IMG/VR virus record: IMGVR_UViG_3300036945_000667
Location: 1-47,961 of that record
Source of the DNA: a virus
Taxonomy: Duplodnaviria > Caudoviricetes
Length of the DNA: 47,961 nt
Reading direction: 5' to 3' (one strand)
Shown: one piece after another, positions 45,976 through 47,961 of the stretch
Numbering within the stretch: the first letter of the stretch is position 1
How the letters are laid out: each line of letters opens with the position of its first letter
Made by a program: the position numbers and the translations under genes
The notes under the pieces: generated by a model
The model's input: the letters and a program-made list of their open reading frames with translations, nothing else
What the model was told of the DNA's origin: nothing
The model's database searches: none

Positions 45976-47961
45976 TTATGCCTGAGCCTCTGTCCAAGAA
46001 ATTCTACCTAGAATGTCAGCAGATGTGCTTCCTAGGTTTGTAACAATAATGGTTAGAACGTCTGGACCGTCAGGATAGATCTCTGACGATACCGCTGCAG
46101 ATCCACCACCAAGAATAGAGTTACCAAGATCACGAACAAGCCCAAGGTCAAGAGATCCAGTGCCATCAATGAAGTAACCTGCAACAACCTCTCCACCAAA
46201 GATAGGAATATCTAGGGATGAGAAGTCTGCGATTTGAGCTAGTGAAGAGTTTGCTTGTCCACCAACGTTACCAATAGCATCTGTCCAAGTTCTTGTAGTC
46301 GTTGGAATTCCATTCAGAACTGCTCTAACTAGGAATCGTGCTCCAGTTGTCTTGGTTGTAACACCAAGGCTTCGTAGGATAAGCTGCATGCGGTTAACAA
46401 GTTCTCTACCACCAAACTCTGTTACAATACCGTTATCTACAGATGGTCCAACTCTAATTGAGAATAGGGCTCGTGTATCACCAGCAGCACAAGCAATTGA
46501 TTGCTTCTGACCGTAGGTAAACACGAGAGACTTGTCATCGTTAAATTGACCATCCATAATTACTGAGGTACCCCAGTGAGAAACGGTTGGTGAAAAGTCT
46601 GGATAGGCATTCTCCACAATAACTGGTGCAGTTACAGAGTATGTAAATGATTGACCAGTAGAACTCATTGGAGCAAACGTAACTGCTGTAGGGTTAGCAG
46701 CTGTTGCTGCCTTACTGAAGGTTATCTGGCTTCCAGAAATATTAACAACGTATGTTCCATCTGCAAAAGCAGAGCTGATTACTCTTTGTCCAATTTGAAC
46801 ATCTGCAAGATCTCCAACGTTCGCTACGGTTCCAAGGTTAGAGCCAGAAGCAATGGTTAGGTCAACTGAAGCATTTCCAGCCTTAGCACGTGTTATACCA
46901 GCAAACGATGTAGAAGTCTTGCTTGAGTAGTTGATTGTTTCTATTGCAGACCCACTTCTAACAGTAAGTGTTCCATGTTCATGGAATCCTGCTGTTGATG
47001 CAACATAAAGAGTTGTGTCATTGTCATCAAAAGTCTGAGTAGTCTTTGTATAGATTGGAACAGTGTTTGTTTCATATCTACCTGGAAGGTTACCAGAACG
47101 CATGTATGCTTCTAGGTTGAGGTTGTTGTTTTCAAGCTTGTGTACATAAGTAATATCTCCATTGGTACCACGCAGCCCCCATCTGATTGCTCCAGCACCA
47201 TACCATGAGTAGTCAATGTAAAACATCTGCATACGGTTAAGATCTATGTTGTAACCAGAGTATCCAGTTCCATCCATCTTATCTAGGTTCCACTCTGACT
47301 GAGGATATCTCTTGTCGAATGTTTTAGAGATAATAACGCTGGCAGAAGAAATTCCACGATACGATGGAGCGATGGTTAGGCTTGTATCGCTCTCAATGCT
47401 AAGAACCTTATATGACTGACCACGAAGAACTATGTAGTTTCCTGGATCAATCTGTCTTGAGAAGTTAGTTGGGAAGTCAGCAGATGTTTGAGAAACAACG
47501 TTTGAACCATTGGTTACTGAAACTCTTCCAGAAAGCTGATAGGTGGATGATCTTTGAACTGCAAAAAGCTGGTCTCCATCGTACTCAAAGAAGATTCCGT
47601 TTTGCTCATCAAACAGACCAATTCTGTTTACTGCACCAGTCCACTGGCTTACAGTAATGTAGTATCTTCCAGACGCTTTATCTGGTAGTGGCTCAGTTGC
47701 AGTTACCTGGAACTTGTTGTGGGACAATACTGTATTTACTGTGTATGTTCCATTGTAGGCTACTGGCTCAGCATTAATAATATTAATCTCTGCTCCAGGT
47801 AGCAAGTTGTGAGACTCTTTGGTCTGAATGGTATTTACGTCATCAGTACAAGATAGTTCATCTAGCTGGTAAGATGGCTTTAGCAAGCTTCCAGAGCTGT
47901 ACTGAATACCCTTTCCAGACTGGTAGCGGAAGTAACGACGTGTTTGACGAATTGCTTGCTG
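45976..47961 (-). CDS. Large virion structural/fibre-base protein, 5'-truncated by the window edge
   Basis: Frame stays open to 47961 (QQAIRQTRRYFRYQSGKGIQ...); MFYIDYSWYGAGAIRWG and multiple beta-barrel modules. Confidence 0.8.
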   Translation of the reverse strand, partial: QQAIRQTRRYFRYQSGKGIQYSSGSLLKPSYQLDELSCTDDVNTIQTKESHNLLPGAEINIINAEPVAYNGTYTVNTVLSHNKFQVTATEPLPDKASGRYYITVSQWTGAVNRIGLFDEQNGIFFEYDGDQLFAVQRSSTYQLSGRVSVTNGSNVVSQTSADFPTNFSRQIDPGNYIVLRGQSYKVLSIESDTSLTIAPSYRGISSASVIISKTFDKRYPQSEWNLDKMDGTGYSGYNIDLNRMQMFYIDYSWYGAGAIRWGLRGTNGDITYVHKLENNNLNLEAYMRSGNLPGRYETNTVPIYTKTTQTFDDNDTTLYVASTAGFHEHGTLTVRSGSAIETINYSSKTSTSFAGITRAKAGNASVDLTIASGSNLGTVANVGDLADVQIGQRVISSAFADGTYVVNISGSQITFSKAATAANPTAVTFAPMSSTGQSFTYSVTAPVIVENAYPDFSPTVSHWGTSVIMDGQFNDDKSLVFTYGQKQSIACAAGDTRALFSIRVGPSVDNGIVTEFGGRELVNRMQLILRSLGVTTKTTGARFLVRAVLNGIPTTTRTWTDAIGNVGGQANSSLAQIADFSSLDIPIFGGEVVAGYFIDGTGSLDLGLVRDLGNSILGGGSAAVSSEIYPDGPDVLTIIVTNLGSTSADILGRISWTEAQA

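Noticed and set aside
155-47657. Many short plus-strand and alternative-frame ORFs in the track (e.g. 15451-15954, 18505-19083, 29206-29658, 42638-43440)
   Set aside because: All lie within longer motif-bearing minus-strand genes; they are antisense or frame shadows of biased or repetitive codons.
1-47961. Stop-codon reassignment
   Set aside because: Genes are full length under the standard code, and both TAG and TAA end genes at sensible boundaries.
1-47961. tRNA, rRNA or other structured RNA genes; integrase or transposase
   Set aside because: Intergenic gaps are short (under about 120 nt) and explained by terminators and promoters; no cloverleaf or recombinase motifs were seen.

Overview
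A 48-kb segment of a large tailed dsDNA phage genome (Caudoviricetes, long non-contractile tail). Every credible gene is on the minus strand. In transcription order (right to left): an accessory fibre/adhesin region (47961-32082) with a collagen fibre, a GT2-TPR glycosyltransferase, a Tyr/Thr-repeat protein and two dUTPase-fold paralogues; the head module (portal, prohead protease-scaffold, major capsid); neck and tail genes; two paralogous tail chaperones; a 2421-aa tape measure; tail-tip genes; and a replication module (DnaB-type helicase, DnaG-type primase, gp32-type SSB, DnaE). DnaE is missing from the ORF track because it runs off the left edge. No terminase, lysis, integrase, tRNA, CRISPR or reverse transcriptase gene was seen. 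Recurrent extended -10 motifs, several in leaderless position, and moderate GC suggest a low-GC actinobacterial (freshwater-type) host, but this is inference. The best candidates for something new are a putative fibre glycosylation/modification cassette (40433-45974) and a tail-chaperone pair in which gene duplication appears to replace the usual G/GT frameshift. All calls come from reading motifs by eye; no searches were run.
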